From: a virus
Length of the DNA: 64,000 bases
Reading direction: 5' to 3' (one strand)
IMG/VR virus record: IMGVR_UViG_3300028920_000037
Coordinates: 64,001-128,000 of that record
The position numbers were made by a program, and so were the translations under genes. This document shows, one piece after another, positions 29,793-39,355 of this stretch (positions are counted from its first letter, which is position 1; every line of letters begins with the position of its first letter). The notes beneath the pieces were generated by a model. It saw only the letters and a program-made list of their open reading frames with translations, had not been told where the DNA came from and did not search any database.

Positions 29793-31707
29793 CGCCTCTA
29801 CACGGCACACATCTGCAAACGCGATCGCCCGCGAGCTTGGAACGTCTGCATATAAGGTGCGAAGGGTCCTGAGCGATAATAACGTAACGCTTAAGCAGCA
29901 CATCGATCCAAACGCGATTCCAGAACACGAACATGAGCATGTTGTTGAACTACTTCGTGGTGGTATGTCGCGTGTTGACGTTGCAAAGAGGTTCAATTCG
30001 ACCATCAATGCCGTCAAAAAGGTACAAGATACCACGGGGTTTCGCAAACGTGCCGTAAGTCAGCCCAAGCGTTCCAATCACCTCGACGGCAAAGAACGCC
30101 AGATTATTGTGATGTATGAGTCTGGTTGTTCCGTCAATGAGATCGTCACCGCGCTTACAACGACAAAGACGTTTTTGAGACACAAGTTTCAAGAGCTTGG
30201 CATTATGCCATCGGAACGTCGAAAAAGAAAGGCCTTGACGAAGGCGGAGATGCTGGAATGTATCTCCCTTCGTTTGACCACCAAGGAGTCAATCAAAAGG
30301 TTGAAGACTACTCCAGCGGTGTTTCGCAAGTTCAGAAAGAAGTACGAGTTGTCATTTAGATACGATCTTGCGCCTAAGGGCGAGGACTTAGATCGTCTTA
30401 TTGCGTTGTTCAAACTTGGTAAAACTGCGCATGAAATTGCTGTTGAGATTTCATCGACTCCATCCTTGGTTACACGAGCCGCACGTCAGCAAGGATTGAT
30501 TTTTCGTGATCGTGTCAAGCAGAGGAAGATCATTCCAGAACATAGGATCAAAGATTTTAAACGCTTGTTCGAACGTGGGGATACAAAGCAACAGCTCGCA
30601 ACCACGTTTAAAACGACGACATATGTTGTCAATGCGACTGTTGCCCACATTGGACTGTCATTTGATGCTCGTGATGTACAGATTGCGCGTAACAACGCAG
30701 TTGAGCGCATAAACACGTTCGAACATTTAAACGTCATTGATGCGTCAGCATACAGGACGATGTACGGCCTCGACATACACGTTGAGTGTCTCAAATGTGG
30801 CCATAAATGGTGGGACTGCTACAATACGCTTCGAAATGGATTCTGTAGAGGGTGTTCTGTTAGGAGCAAACCGGAACTGGAAATATCACAGTTCATCGAT
30901 TCGATCGAAGGTATCTCTGTCGTTCGAAACACTCGAACGATCATTTCACCGCTCGAACTCGATGTCTATGTACCTGAACTTAAGCTTGCTGTTGAGTTCA
31001 ACGGGATATACTGGCATTCTGAAAAGGCAGGTACACCAAATAACTACCACGATCAAAAGATGCGTCGATGTCTAGAAAAAGGCATCATGCTTCTGCAATT
31101 TTTTGAAGATGAATGGTGGCACAAGCGTAACATTGTTGAAAGCATGATTATGCATCGTTTGGGGCGCTCAACGCGACGCGTGTTTGCAAGAAAGACCAGT
31201 GTAGTTGAAGTTCATAGCAAACAAAGGCAGGAGTTTTTTGCTCGAAATCACATAGATGGAGACGTCCCAGCAACAAAGGCGTGGGGGCTTGAATTAGATG
31301 GTGAACTCGTATCTGTGATCAGCGTGCGGCAGCCAAAACACAAGAAATACAATAACGCGATTGAAATCGCACGTTTTGCGTCAGTGTTGGGAACCGTCGT
31401 ACCCGGTGCGCTCGGCAGGTTGATGGTGCGTGTTTGTGAATTTTCTAATGACATGAACATTTCACAGATTGTTACATATGTCGATCTACGCCACGGTACA
31501 GGTAGGGGATACGAAGGCGTTGGATTTAGGCTCGATCATCTGACACCACCCAGATTTTGGTGGACAGACTTCAAACAACGCTATGATAGGTTCAAGTTCA
31601 AGGCAGACAAGGAGAATAATCTGACGCAGGAACAGGTCGCTAAGACCGCTGGAGTATGGCGAATTTTTGGTTGTTCGAATGCTTTGTATATCATGGATGT
31701 GCGCTAG
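29743..31707 (+). mobile_element. homing-endonuclease-like gene (tandem HTHs + Zn ribbon + PD-(D/E)xK/Hef-like nuclease + GNAT-like tail)
   Basis: Multiple HTH repeats, CLKCG/CRGC, SKPE, ELDVYVPELKLAVEFNGIYWH, IARFAS. Overlaps the end of dnaE fragment 1. Confidence 0.78.
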
Positions 31708-31747
31708 TTAAAATAACACTGTGTGATATACCCCCAATCAGGAACGT

Positions 31748-32407
31748 TTGATGATCATACCGAGTGGAAAGAAGCACGTTGTCTGGGCACGTATAGCAAA
31801 GACGGGTTCTATGTCAACAGAAAGAACGCTCACTGCATTGGGTGTGTTTATGCCACTGCGAAACGTGCTTCGTCGCCGAGAGGCGTACAAACCAAACAAG
31901 CACATCCTTGTCGTTGATGACCTTGGAAAGCTAGCTGACGTCGGCGTGAACGTTGACGATTGCTTCATCTTTACGATCGTTCGATCGCCTTACTCACGTG
32001 CGATGTCAGCGTGGTGTGGACACACCTTCTTCAAGGAAAAGAACAGGGACAACTTTGCCGACTGCATCAGGAACCCTCCCCAGCGTCCAGACAAGGGCTA
32101 CAGAGAGCTTGGGAACAAGAAGGAAAAGGCTATCGAGGGCGCATGGAGACATTTCACAAAAACGATGTCGCAGTCGACGTCAATAGACGGTGCCTTACGC
32201 GTTGACAGGATCATCAAGCTCGAGGACTACAAGAACGGGCTGACTGCGGTGCTCGAAGAGCTAGGATTCAAGAAGATCAAGTTCTTCAAGGAGAACAAGA
32301 GTCGCTTTCGCAAGAAGCGTGACCTGAAGCCGGAAGAGATCAGGCTCATCAATGCAAACTATTCTGAAGACTTCGACAATTTCAAATACGAAAAGAAAGA
32401 GGGCTGA
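31748..32407 (+). CDS. sulfotransferase (Sulfotransfer_2-like)
   Basis: RIAKTGSMS (5'-PSB-like), FTIVRSPYSRAMSAW (3'-PB-like), IIKLED, YSEDF..FKY. Confidence 0.72.
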   Translation: MMIIPSGKKHVVWARIAKTGSMSTERTLTALGVFMPLRNVLRRREAYKPNKHILVVDDLGKLADVGVNVDDCFIFTIVRSPYSRAMSAWCGHTFFKEKNRDNFADCIRNPPQRPDKGYRELGNKKEKAIEGAWRHFTKTMSQSTSIDGALRVDRIIKLEDYKNGLTAVLEELGFKKIKFFKENKSRFRKKRDLKPEEIRLINANYSEDFDNFKYEKKEG

Positions 32408-32662
32408 CTGCATTGTACCCGGTGACATCGTCGGCGATGAAGATGTCACCGTTGGTCCTCGCTTGTTCCTTGTGCTTTCAGTCGTGCCACGTATGTGGAT
32501 GATCGATTTTACCGTGTTGAACCCTTTGGGTGGAACGCAGATATGCTGTTCAACGCCTTACAAAGGACACAAAGTCCTTTAGGGACTTACCCAACATTCC
32601 AGTTGCATACAACGCAACGCCTCAGCTGCTCAGTGGAACGTACATTACTGAAGATTAACACA

Positions 32663-32691
32663 GTGTAGATCGTGCCGTCGTATTGTAGGAT
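32663..32691 (+). promoter_or_regulatory. dedicated promoter for dnaE fragment 2 (leaderless)
   Basis: GTGTAG-N17-TAGGAT, with ATG at 32698. Confidence 0.65.
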
Positions 32692-32697
32692 AAACAC

Positions 32698-33624
32698 ATG
32701 GCTCTAGTAAAAGCTGTCAGGACGAGTACGCCCGACTTTCCTGAGATCCAGACGTTCTACAACGAACACCTTCATCCAGATGTGATCGACTTTGAAGACC
32801 AAGACGTCTACAAGTATGTTTTTCACGGCGGACGTTGGGCTGGCATCTTTCAGGCAACACAGAGGCCGACACAGAACTTCTTCGTCCAGTGCAAGCCGAC
32901 GACCGTAACAGACCTTGCAGCGATCACATCAATCTGGCGTCCGGGTCCACTCGCCGGCAAGATGCACGAGCTGTACGTCGATGCAAAGTTCAACAAACCG
33001 TACGATTGGGGACATCCACTCCTGAACGAGACACTGGCAGATACGTACGGTCTCTTGATCTTTCAGGAGCAGATCATGCTCCTTGCAAACAAGGTTGCTG
33101 GGTATGACATGGCCCAATGTGACCAGGTCCGCCGCGCAATCCTAAAGCGCTCTCTCGCGACAGGTGAAGCAGCAAAAAAGGAGGCAGCTGAGCTCGAGGA
33201 GAGCTTTACGGACGGCTGCGTGAAGAACGGTGTGCCCCTCACCGTTGCAAAGAAGCTCTATCAAAACATCCTTGCTTGGGGTGGGTACGGTTTCAATAAA
33301 AGTCTGTGTAGAGAGGATATGGTGATAGTTAATAACTATGAAACCAAACAACTCGATCAAGTTATTCCTGGCGACCAAGTCCTTACCCGAGACGAAGAGA
33401 GCGGACAAAACGTTTATACAGAGGTGCAAGAAGTCCATGACCATGGTACGCTTGAGCTCGTGGAGGTTGAACTAGACACAGGAGAAACGATCAGGTGTAC
33501 GTTGGATCACAAGTTCAGGACGAAGGAGACGGGAGAGATGCTTCCTCTATGGTTGATAGCGAAGCAGCAGTACAGCATCGTTGTAGACGATGCGGCAAAG
33601 AATTCAAATCAGATATCTGGCTGA
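32698..33624 (+). CDS. dnaE: DNA polymerase III alpha, fragment 2 (fingers) fused to split-intein N half (33301-33621)
   Basis: GIFQ, SIWRPGP, TYGLLIFQEQIM, GYGFNK|SLCRED...IRCTLDHKF (intein blocks A and B). Confidence 0.92.
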   Translation: MALVKAVRTSTPDFPEIQTFYNEHLHPDVIDFEDQDVYKYVFHGGRWAGIFQATQRPTQNFFVQCKPTTVTDLAAITSIWRPGPLAGKMHELYVDAKFNKPYDWGHPLLNETLADTYGLLIFQEQIMLLANKVAGYDMAQCDQVRRAILKRSLATGEAAKKEAAELEESFTDGCVKNGVPLTVAKKLYQNILAWGGYGFNKSLCREDMVIVNNYETKQLDQVIPGDQVLTRDEESGQNVYTEVQEVHDHGTLELVEVELDTGETIRCTLDHKFRTKETGEMLPLWLIAKQQYSIVVDDAAKNSNQISG

Positions 33625-34607
33625 ACAAACACGAAGCCAGGTGCAATGAACCCATCTACCTTCCTGAGGAAGAAGGAAAGAAGTGGGTTGCTTGCAAAAT
33701 CTGTGGTCACAAAGGCGTTCGCATTGGTAAACACCTGAAATCTGCGCACGGGCTGACGACCAAAGAATACACAGCACAATTCCCAGATGCTTTGACGTCA
33801 GCGCTCGATGAAATTCAGAAGATGAGTGAGGCGTGCAACTGGATTGATCGTGCCAAAGAAAACGGCGACGATCTCAGCGAGTATCGTCAACGAATGGGTG
33901 CTGCAGTTTCTCAGTCGATCATGTCAAATCCAGAAGAGCGAGCTCGTCGCTCGGTCCAGATGGCCGTGAACAACCAAACACCTGAAGCTCGTGAAAAGTC
34001 ACGTGTTACCGCAAAGAAGACATCTCAGCGTCAAGATATACTTGATCAACGTACACATAATCTTGCAAATTGGCGTGAAAAACATCCTGATGATTTTGCA
34101 AAGTGTACAAACGCGATGTTACAAACTAGTGTTTCATCACCAGAGCTTGAGTTGTTTTACATTATTGATGTTTTATCCTCAATGAAAGTTATTTGTTGTG
34201 ATGTGAAACGTCAACAAAGGATTCAAGATGTTAGTTTTACAGCAAGTAAAACACATATGTTTTGTGTTGACATTACCTGCATTTTTCAAAACGTATGTGT
34301 TCATATTGAGATTGATGGTATCCATCATTTTCAACAAATTGCAAGTTTTGATCTCAACAAACGACAACGACGTGATCAAGAATTTGAAAACTGGATCAAT
34401 GCTCGAAATGATGTGATGCTTGTTCGATTGTCATACGATACGTGGGAAACACGTCGCTGGCAAGAAAACAAAGAAAAGATGAGTAGGACATTTTTCTCCC
34501 AACCTGCTCTCGAGGCCCTCTTCAGCCTTCTCAAGAATCCTAAACCTGGCGTCCACTGTATCGGCCAGGCATACGGTGAAAGGAACCTGCTGTGTGGAAG
34601 CCAATAA
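33495..34607 (+). mobile_element. free-standing homing endonuclease between split-intein halves (C2H2 fingers + Vsr/DUF559-like nuclease)
   Basis: CRRCG..H, CKICG..HLKSAHG, SSPE, VDI, IEIDGIHH, RD. AT-rich 3' half. True start is probably near 33549. Confidence 0.75.
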
Positions 34608-34810
34608 GCTCAATTCCTAGGAAAAAGTGTTTCGTTTTAACGCGACGGATGCACATCATTACAGTAATTCCAGATGCTGACGGTTCATGGTGCATTCCAA
34701 CATCGTCGGGGTGGGAAGAGGTTTCAATTGAAAACGATCTTGCTTGGTCACCGTTTCCTGATATGGAAGAATTTGCATCATGCCTGAGCCTGTTGACAAA
34801 GAACAGTTGA
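34592..34810 (+). CDS. small hypothetical protein
   Basis: MWKPISS...W.PFP pattern typical of small phage proteins. Confidence 0.45.
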   Translation: MWKPISSIPRKKCFVLTRRMHIITVIPDADGSWCIPTSSGWEEVSIENDLAWSPFPDMEEFASCLSLLTKNS

Positions 34811-36108
34811 AGACATTCCTTGGCGCCCTCGGCGAGGCGATCGCAAAGGGTGATTTTCCTGATTCTGACATTGTGAATGACACGTCGTTGTCAGAGGAAG
34901 AATTTGAACGTATTCTAAAAGAACGTGTTGCGGCGAGGTACAACAGACCCCGCAAGAAGCTAACGATTGAAGAGATCGAACTTGCGGTTTTAAAAGGTCC
35001 ACAGCCTACAGGTAGGATCGTTTCGATCAGAGAGGTCGGCGAGCATCCTACCCGAGACCTATCTGTGGCGCATCCAGATCATCAGTTCTACCTTGCAAAC
35101 GGCGTGTTAACAAGCAACAGCCATGCCACGGGATACGCGATGATCTCGTACCAGTGTGCCTACCTCATGACGTATTACGAGGCGGAATGGCTGTGTTCAT
35201 ACCTCGAATCGATGAGCGGGAACGAGAACTCTCGCGCAAAGGCATTCGCGGAGGTCAGGTCACTCGGATACAACATCGTTCCGATCGACATCAATTCGGC
35301 ACGTGTAGGGTGGACAAGCATTCTCGGAAAGAAGTTCATGCCCTCGTTCACAACGTGCAAGGGAGTAGGTGCCGCTGCTGTCCAGGAGATCGTCGAGGCT
35401 CGCCCGTACGAGAAGTTCGAAGATGTTCTCTGGGACGACGAAGGAAATTGGCGTCACAGCAAGTTCAACAAGAGGGCGTTCGAGGCGTTGGTAAATATCG
35501 GAGCGTTTGCGAGCCTCGACTGTGTAGGTGAAGGTAAGCTCTTTGAATCGTACGCCCAGATGCACTGGGTTCTGTTTGGTTCTCACACGGCGAAGGTCAA
35601 GAAGAAGCGCAAAGGCGCTGAGGTCGAAGTGGAGAAGAAGTTCGACCATTTTGCCTGGATCAAACGTAATCCAACAATGGATCCTCACGAAGGTCGTAGG
35701 AACTTCTACGAGCTCATCAGGATGTCAAGCGGACAGATCGAACCTTGGACGCGGAGGGAGTGGGCTCTGAAGAACATCGAGCACTTCGGCTCACTCGACG
35801 TTCGAAGCCTCGTGGAGCCAAGCGTCCTTGAAGTCTTTGAAGAGAAGGGTCTACGTTCAATCGATGAGTACGAGGACGAGGACGTCTACTGGTTTTGCAT
35901 TGTCAAGGTCGAAAAGAAGACAACACGGAACGGTAAGAAGTACCTCCTGTTGTACGCCCAAGGACCTGCAGGGAAGGTCTTCAGGATATACGCCTGGGGG
36001 TGGAACGGAAAGCGTATAGTTGACCTCTACGCGGTCTGTTTTGCCGAACTTAAGAAGTCGGACTTTGGGTTCGCAACGAGCATGTACAAGCTGCGTGAGC
36101 TTGAGTAG
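34780..36108 (+). CDS. dnaE: split-intein C half (to 35118) fused to DNA polymerase III alpha fragment 3 (HhH + OB)
   Basis: GRIVSIREVGEHPTRDLSV..DHQFYLANGVLTSN|SHATGYAMISYQCAYL, DINS, KGVG, GAF. Confidence 0.92.
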   Translation: MPEPVDKEQLKTFLGALGEAIAKGDFPDSDIVNDTSLSEEEFERILKERVAARYNRPRKKLTIEEIELAVLKGPQPTGRIVSIREVGEHPTRDLSVAHPDHQFYLANGVLTSNSHATGYAMISYQCAYLMTYYEAEWLCSYLESMSGNENSRAKAFAEVRSLGYNIVPIDINSARVGWTSILGKKFMPSFTTCKGVGAAAVQEIVEARPYEKFEDVLWDDEGNWRHSKFNKRAFEALVNIGAFASLDCVGEGKLFESYAQMHWVLFGSHTAKVKKKRKGAEVEVEKKFDHFAWIKRNPTMDPHEGRRNFYELIRMSSGQIEPWTRREWALKNIEHFGSLDVRSLVEPSVLEVFEEKGLRSIDEYEDEDVYWFCIVKVEKKTTRNGKKYLLLYAQGPAGKVFRIYAWGWNGKRIVDLYAVCFAELKKSDFGFATSMYKLRELE

Positions 36109-36127
36109 GACGATACTTAACTCTGCC

Positions 36128-36373
36128 ATGGCAGACAAGAAGATCGTTAGGCTGACAGAAGGTCAGCTTCGCAACATCATCCGCAAGGTCCTCAATGAGG
36201 ACATCGTACAGTCGAACGACATCATTGACACGATCGATACGATCGAGGATACTGATACGCTCGTTGCAATCAACGACAAGATCAAAGCGAGGTATGGGTA
36301 CCTCATGCGCCTCTCACGTTCGCAGCGCCAAACGTCTCGCAAGCCTCCCCCTCCGCCTCAAAGGCGACGTTGA
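36128..36373 (+). CDS. hypothetical protein with LRxxIR N-terminus
   Basis: TACTTA at 36114. N-terminus MADKKIVRLTEGQLRNIIRKVLNE. Confidence 0.65.
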   Translation: MADKKIVRLTEGQLRNIIRKVLNEDIVQSNDIIDTIDTIEDTDTLVAINDKIKARYGYLMRLSRSQRQTSRKPPPPPQRRR

Positions 36374-36577
36374 GCAGGCGGACACGTCAGCACCTGCTTG
36401 ACTTCCTGGCGTTTGGACTACCAGGAGTTTTACTCCTGGGTCTGGATGGATACCTTTGGGTTGCGACGAACGCCGATGTCAACGGTCTTGTTGGGACGCT
36501 CATCTGTTCTTTGGCGTCCATTGGCATCTACTGCCTTGTTCTGCGTCACAGTTTGCAGTGGCGCATATTTAGGCATC

Positions 36578-36967
36578 ATGCAGACAACGATCGGAAAGAT
36601 CAGAGGGCTCGTCAGAAAGACGCTGATACTGACAGAGATGAGAGGTCCAACAGGAAACCTCCGCCGCGTTAGGAGCGGCGGCCAGCGGCACAAGATCGGA
36701 AAGATTGAAGATGAGAACAGGGAGGTTTCGTTCGCTGAAGCCGAGATGTTGTTTCCAGGTTCGACGAACGCATGGGCAGAGATCGTTCCAGAGCTGTTCC
36801 CACAGTTCCCGTTTGACGATCCGTTCTCCATTAAGAGGAATTCCGTTTTCTTCAAGGAAGGAGACGGGTTAACGGTCGCGTTTGCTGACCACCCACAGTT
36901 CAATCTCGCTACGTGGGATCCAACCAGAGAAGATTGGATCGAAAACGAGCTCGCCGGCACGGGCTGA
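36578..36967 (+). CDS. hypothetical protein with IRxxVR N-terminus
   Basis: TATTTA at 36566. N-terminus MQTTIGKIRGLVRKTLILTE. Confidence 0.6.
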   Translation: MQTTIGKIRGLVRKTLILTEMRGPTGNLRRVRSGGQRHKIGKIEDENREVSFAEAEMLFPGSTNAWAEIVPELFPQFPFDDPFSIKRNSVFFKEGDGLTVAFADHPQFNLATWDPTREDWIENELAGTG

Positions 36968-37253
36968 TGCAAACCACGTCCACTTATTGTAAAGTGGACG
37001 TATGGGCTTCTTTAAGAGATGGTTCGGCTACGTGCGAGTCGAGCTGTTTAAATGCGCTGGCGTCGTAACTCTTTGGAATGATGCACCGGGGTGACCACTC
37101 AATGAAACCATTTGATGGAACATCGTGGTCGCTGCACCTCGGTGTCTATCTGTCGTTCTGGGTATGGGGAAGAGCTGACGATGCCATCGAGTATGATGGC
37201 ATCGTAATTCCAAATTGGGGCTTCGGTCCCCTGTTCCTCTTCAATTACTACTG

Positions 37254-37811
37254 ATGGAACAAATGCCAAAGACACGTCAACACATCATCTGCTTCGTCGG
37301 TCCTGATATGACCGGCAAGACAAACATCTCTCGTGAGCTTTCGCGTAGGACGAGCATCCCGCGGTTCAAGGCGTCATCCGAACACATGACGTTCACCGAT
37401 GAACAGGATCGTTTCCTTACTCAGCTTCGCGTTGCGGACGTCAGGCAGCTCGACCTCCTGCAGCAGGTCGGATTTTCGATGATCATGGACCGTGGTTGGC
37501 CGTGTGAATACGTGTATGCGAAGTTCTTCGATAGGACAACTGACATCGAACAGCTTCGTTCGAACGATAGGAGCTACGCAGCGCTCGGAGCACAGGTCGT
37601 CTTCTGTTATCACGATGATTATAATGGATTCCGTGACGATCTCAATCCAAAAATCGGTCCCGCTGAACTGAGGCGACTACACGACCTGTATGAAGAATTC
37701 TTTGAGCTAACTAGGTGTCCAGTAGTGCGGCTATGTGTGGATGACCTGAACCTCGATCGTCAGATGCGCGATCTAAGGGATGGGCTTCACATCGAACTTG
37801 TAAGGAAGTGA
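37254..37811 (+). CDS. second deoxynucleotide monophosphate kinase (TMK-like, divergent)
   Basis: VGPDMTGKTN P-loop, MDRGWPCEYVY. Confidence 0.75.
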   Translation: MEQMPKTRQHIICFVGPDMTGKTNISRELSRRTSIPRFKASSEHMTFTDEQDRFLTQLRVADVRQLDLLQQVGFSMIMDRGWPCEYVYAKFFDRTTDIEQLRSNDRSYAALGAQVVFCYHDDYNGFRDDLNPKIGPAELRRLHDLYEEFFELTRCPVVRLCVDDLNLDRQMRDLRDGLHIELVRK

Positions 37812-38173
37812 TCATGTCAGAAAGAGTGATTCACTGGAGCAACTGGGCGTCTCAGCCGTGCATACAGATCGCGTGTACAGGTGAGACGTTTCATCCTTGG
37901 GGGTGCGACAGCACGTTGCCGAAGGATGTCTTCAATGCTGATTTGAAGTTTCATCCTGAAATTCTCTATGCATTCGATGAGTCCCTCGTGACGTGCAACA
38001 AGTGCAAGAAGATCGATGGCTTTCAAGAGGGGCTCGATCGCGTCCTTGCGTACAGGCAGAAGGTCAGGGAGTCCGGGTTGACCGAACGTGAATACGCAGA
38101 GCGCGAAACACGTAGGACACTCAAAATGCTGCGTGAGAAAGGAAGACTTGTACATGATGTTCTAGGAGGGTAG
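37808..38173 (+). CDS. hypothetical protein
   Basis: VTCNKC motif. Packed ORF. Confidence 0.55.
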   Translation: MIMSERVIHWSNWASQPCIQIACTGETFHPWGCDSTLPKDVFNADLKFHPEILYAFDESLVTCNKCKKIDGFQEGLDRVLAYRQKVRESGLTEREYAERETRRTLKMLREKGRLVHDVLGG

Positions 38174-38183
38174 GTTTTCATGC

Positions 38184-38734
38184 ATGGAAGTCTACTTTTC
38201 GCGTGACGTCGAGGCAGACGGGCCGATCCCTGGTCCAAATTCAATGCTGTCGCTTGGATGTGCGGCGTTCAAGGACGACAGGCTGCAGAATACATTCAGC
38301 GTCAACCTCGAGTTTCTCGACGGGGCAACGCCAGACGAACACACGACGGAGGAATTCTGGGACAGGAATAAATCGGCGTACGCCGCAACGAGGACAATCT
38401 CAAACGCCCCAGCACTGCGATGTTGATGTTTGTGAAGTGGGTAGAGTCGTTCAACGGGAGACCCGTGTTTGTAGGTTACCCGGCGACGTATGATTTCATG
38501 TTTGTCTACTGGTACCTGATGCGTTTCGCAGGCAGGAGCCCGTTCTCGTTCAGCGGTCTGGACATCAAGACGATGGCTATGGTGATGCTAAAGAAGGAGT
38601 TTCGGGCATCTACAAAGCGAAACATGCCGAAGCGCTGGTTTTCAAGGTCGCCTCATACGCACGTCGCTGTCGATGATGCAATCGAGCAGGGTGAGATGTT
38701 CTGCAACATGAGACAGGAGCTGTTTGGACGATGA
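38184..38734 (+). pseudogene. DEDDh 3'-5' exonuclease (Rv2179c-like) split by a single-base frameshift near 38396
   Basis: DVEADGP in one frame, then YDF, LDIKT and H.A.DDA in the other. Adding one A restores ...[15 protein letters not shown]. Confidence 0.75.
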
Positions 38735-39093
38735 ACGACTTAGATGTTGTTATCACTGTTCGTGCAGAAGGACATGGTAATACATTTAAGATCGCAAAAA
38801 TCCTTGAAGAAGTGGGCGGACTTACTGTATACACGGTGCTAAACACGACACATACGATCTTTGGGCACTGCGATAAGTCAGTGTTTGTCTTGCTGTCCGC
38901 CCACCCGAGCGTTGAGCGAATCGAAGAGAATGAGTAGCTACTGTGATCCAGGCGCAGACAGAGCGGTTCTTTTGGAGATGAAGTTCGGCCAGACTTCGGT
39001 ACGTTTTCGAAAAAACGTGTTGAGGATCTATGCTGGATGGTGGGTCATCTCTACGCTGTGTGAGATCAACGATGCAGTATCACGAGTACTGTT

Positions 39094-39327
39094 TTAGTCG
39101 TCGGACTTCTTTTCATCCTCTGCCTGAGGGGCGATCAGGATCGTGTCAGTCGGTCCTTGGATCCATGCTATGTTGTCGTTTGTTTCGGCAACGACCATGC
39201 CATGCGTTTCATGAAAGATCGCTCGGATGACAGTACAAATTACGTCGATGTCGTCGCTTTCGATCGTGACGACGTCTGGCACCTTCTTAAGCAGGTTGTA
39301 CTTCATCCTTACTTTCATCTCAATCAT
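39094..39327 (-). CDS. hypothetical protein
   Basis: Minus-strand ORF with TACTTA at its 5' end (39327-39332). Confidence 0.55.
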   Translation of the reverse strand: MIEMKVRMKYNLLKKVPDVVTIESDDIDVICTVIRAIFHETHGMVVAETNDNIAWIQGPTDTILIAPQAEDEKKSDD

Positions 39328-39355
39328 AAGTAAGCAACAACGTTAGGCAAACAAC

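Noticed and set aside
29793-32697. Group I/II intron interrupting dnaE
   Set aside because: The gap is almost filled by ORFs, I could not recognise intron core structure, and fragment 2 has its own promoter and ATG. Not formally excluded without a covariance-model search.
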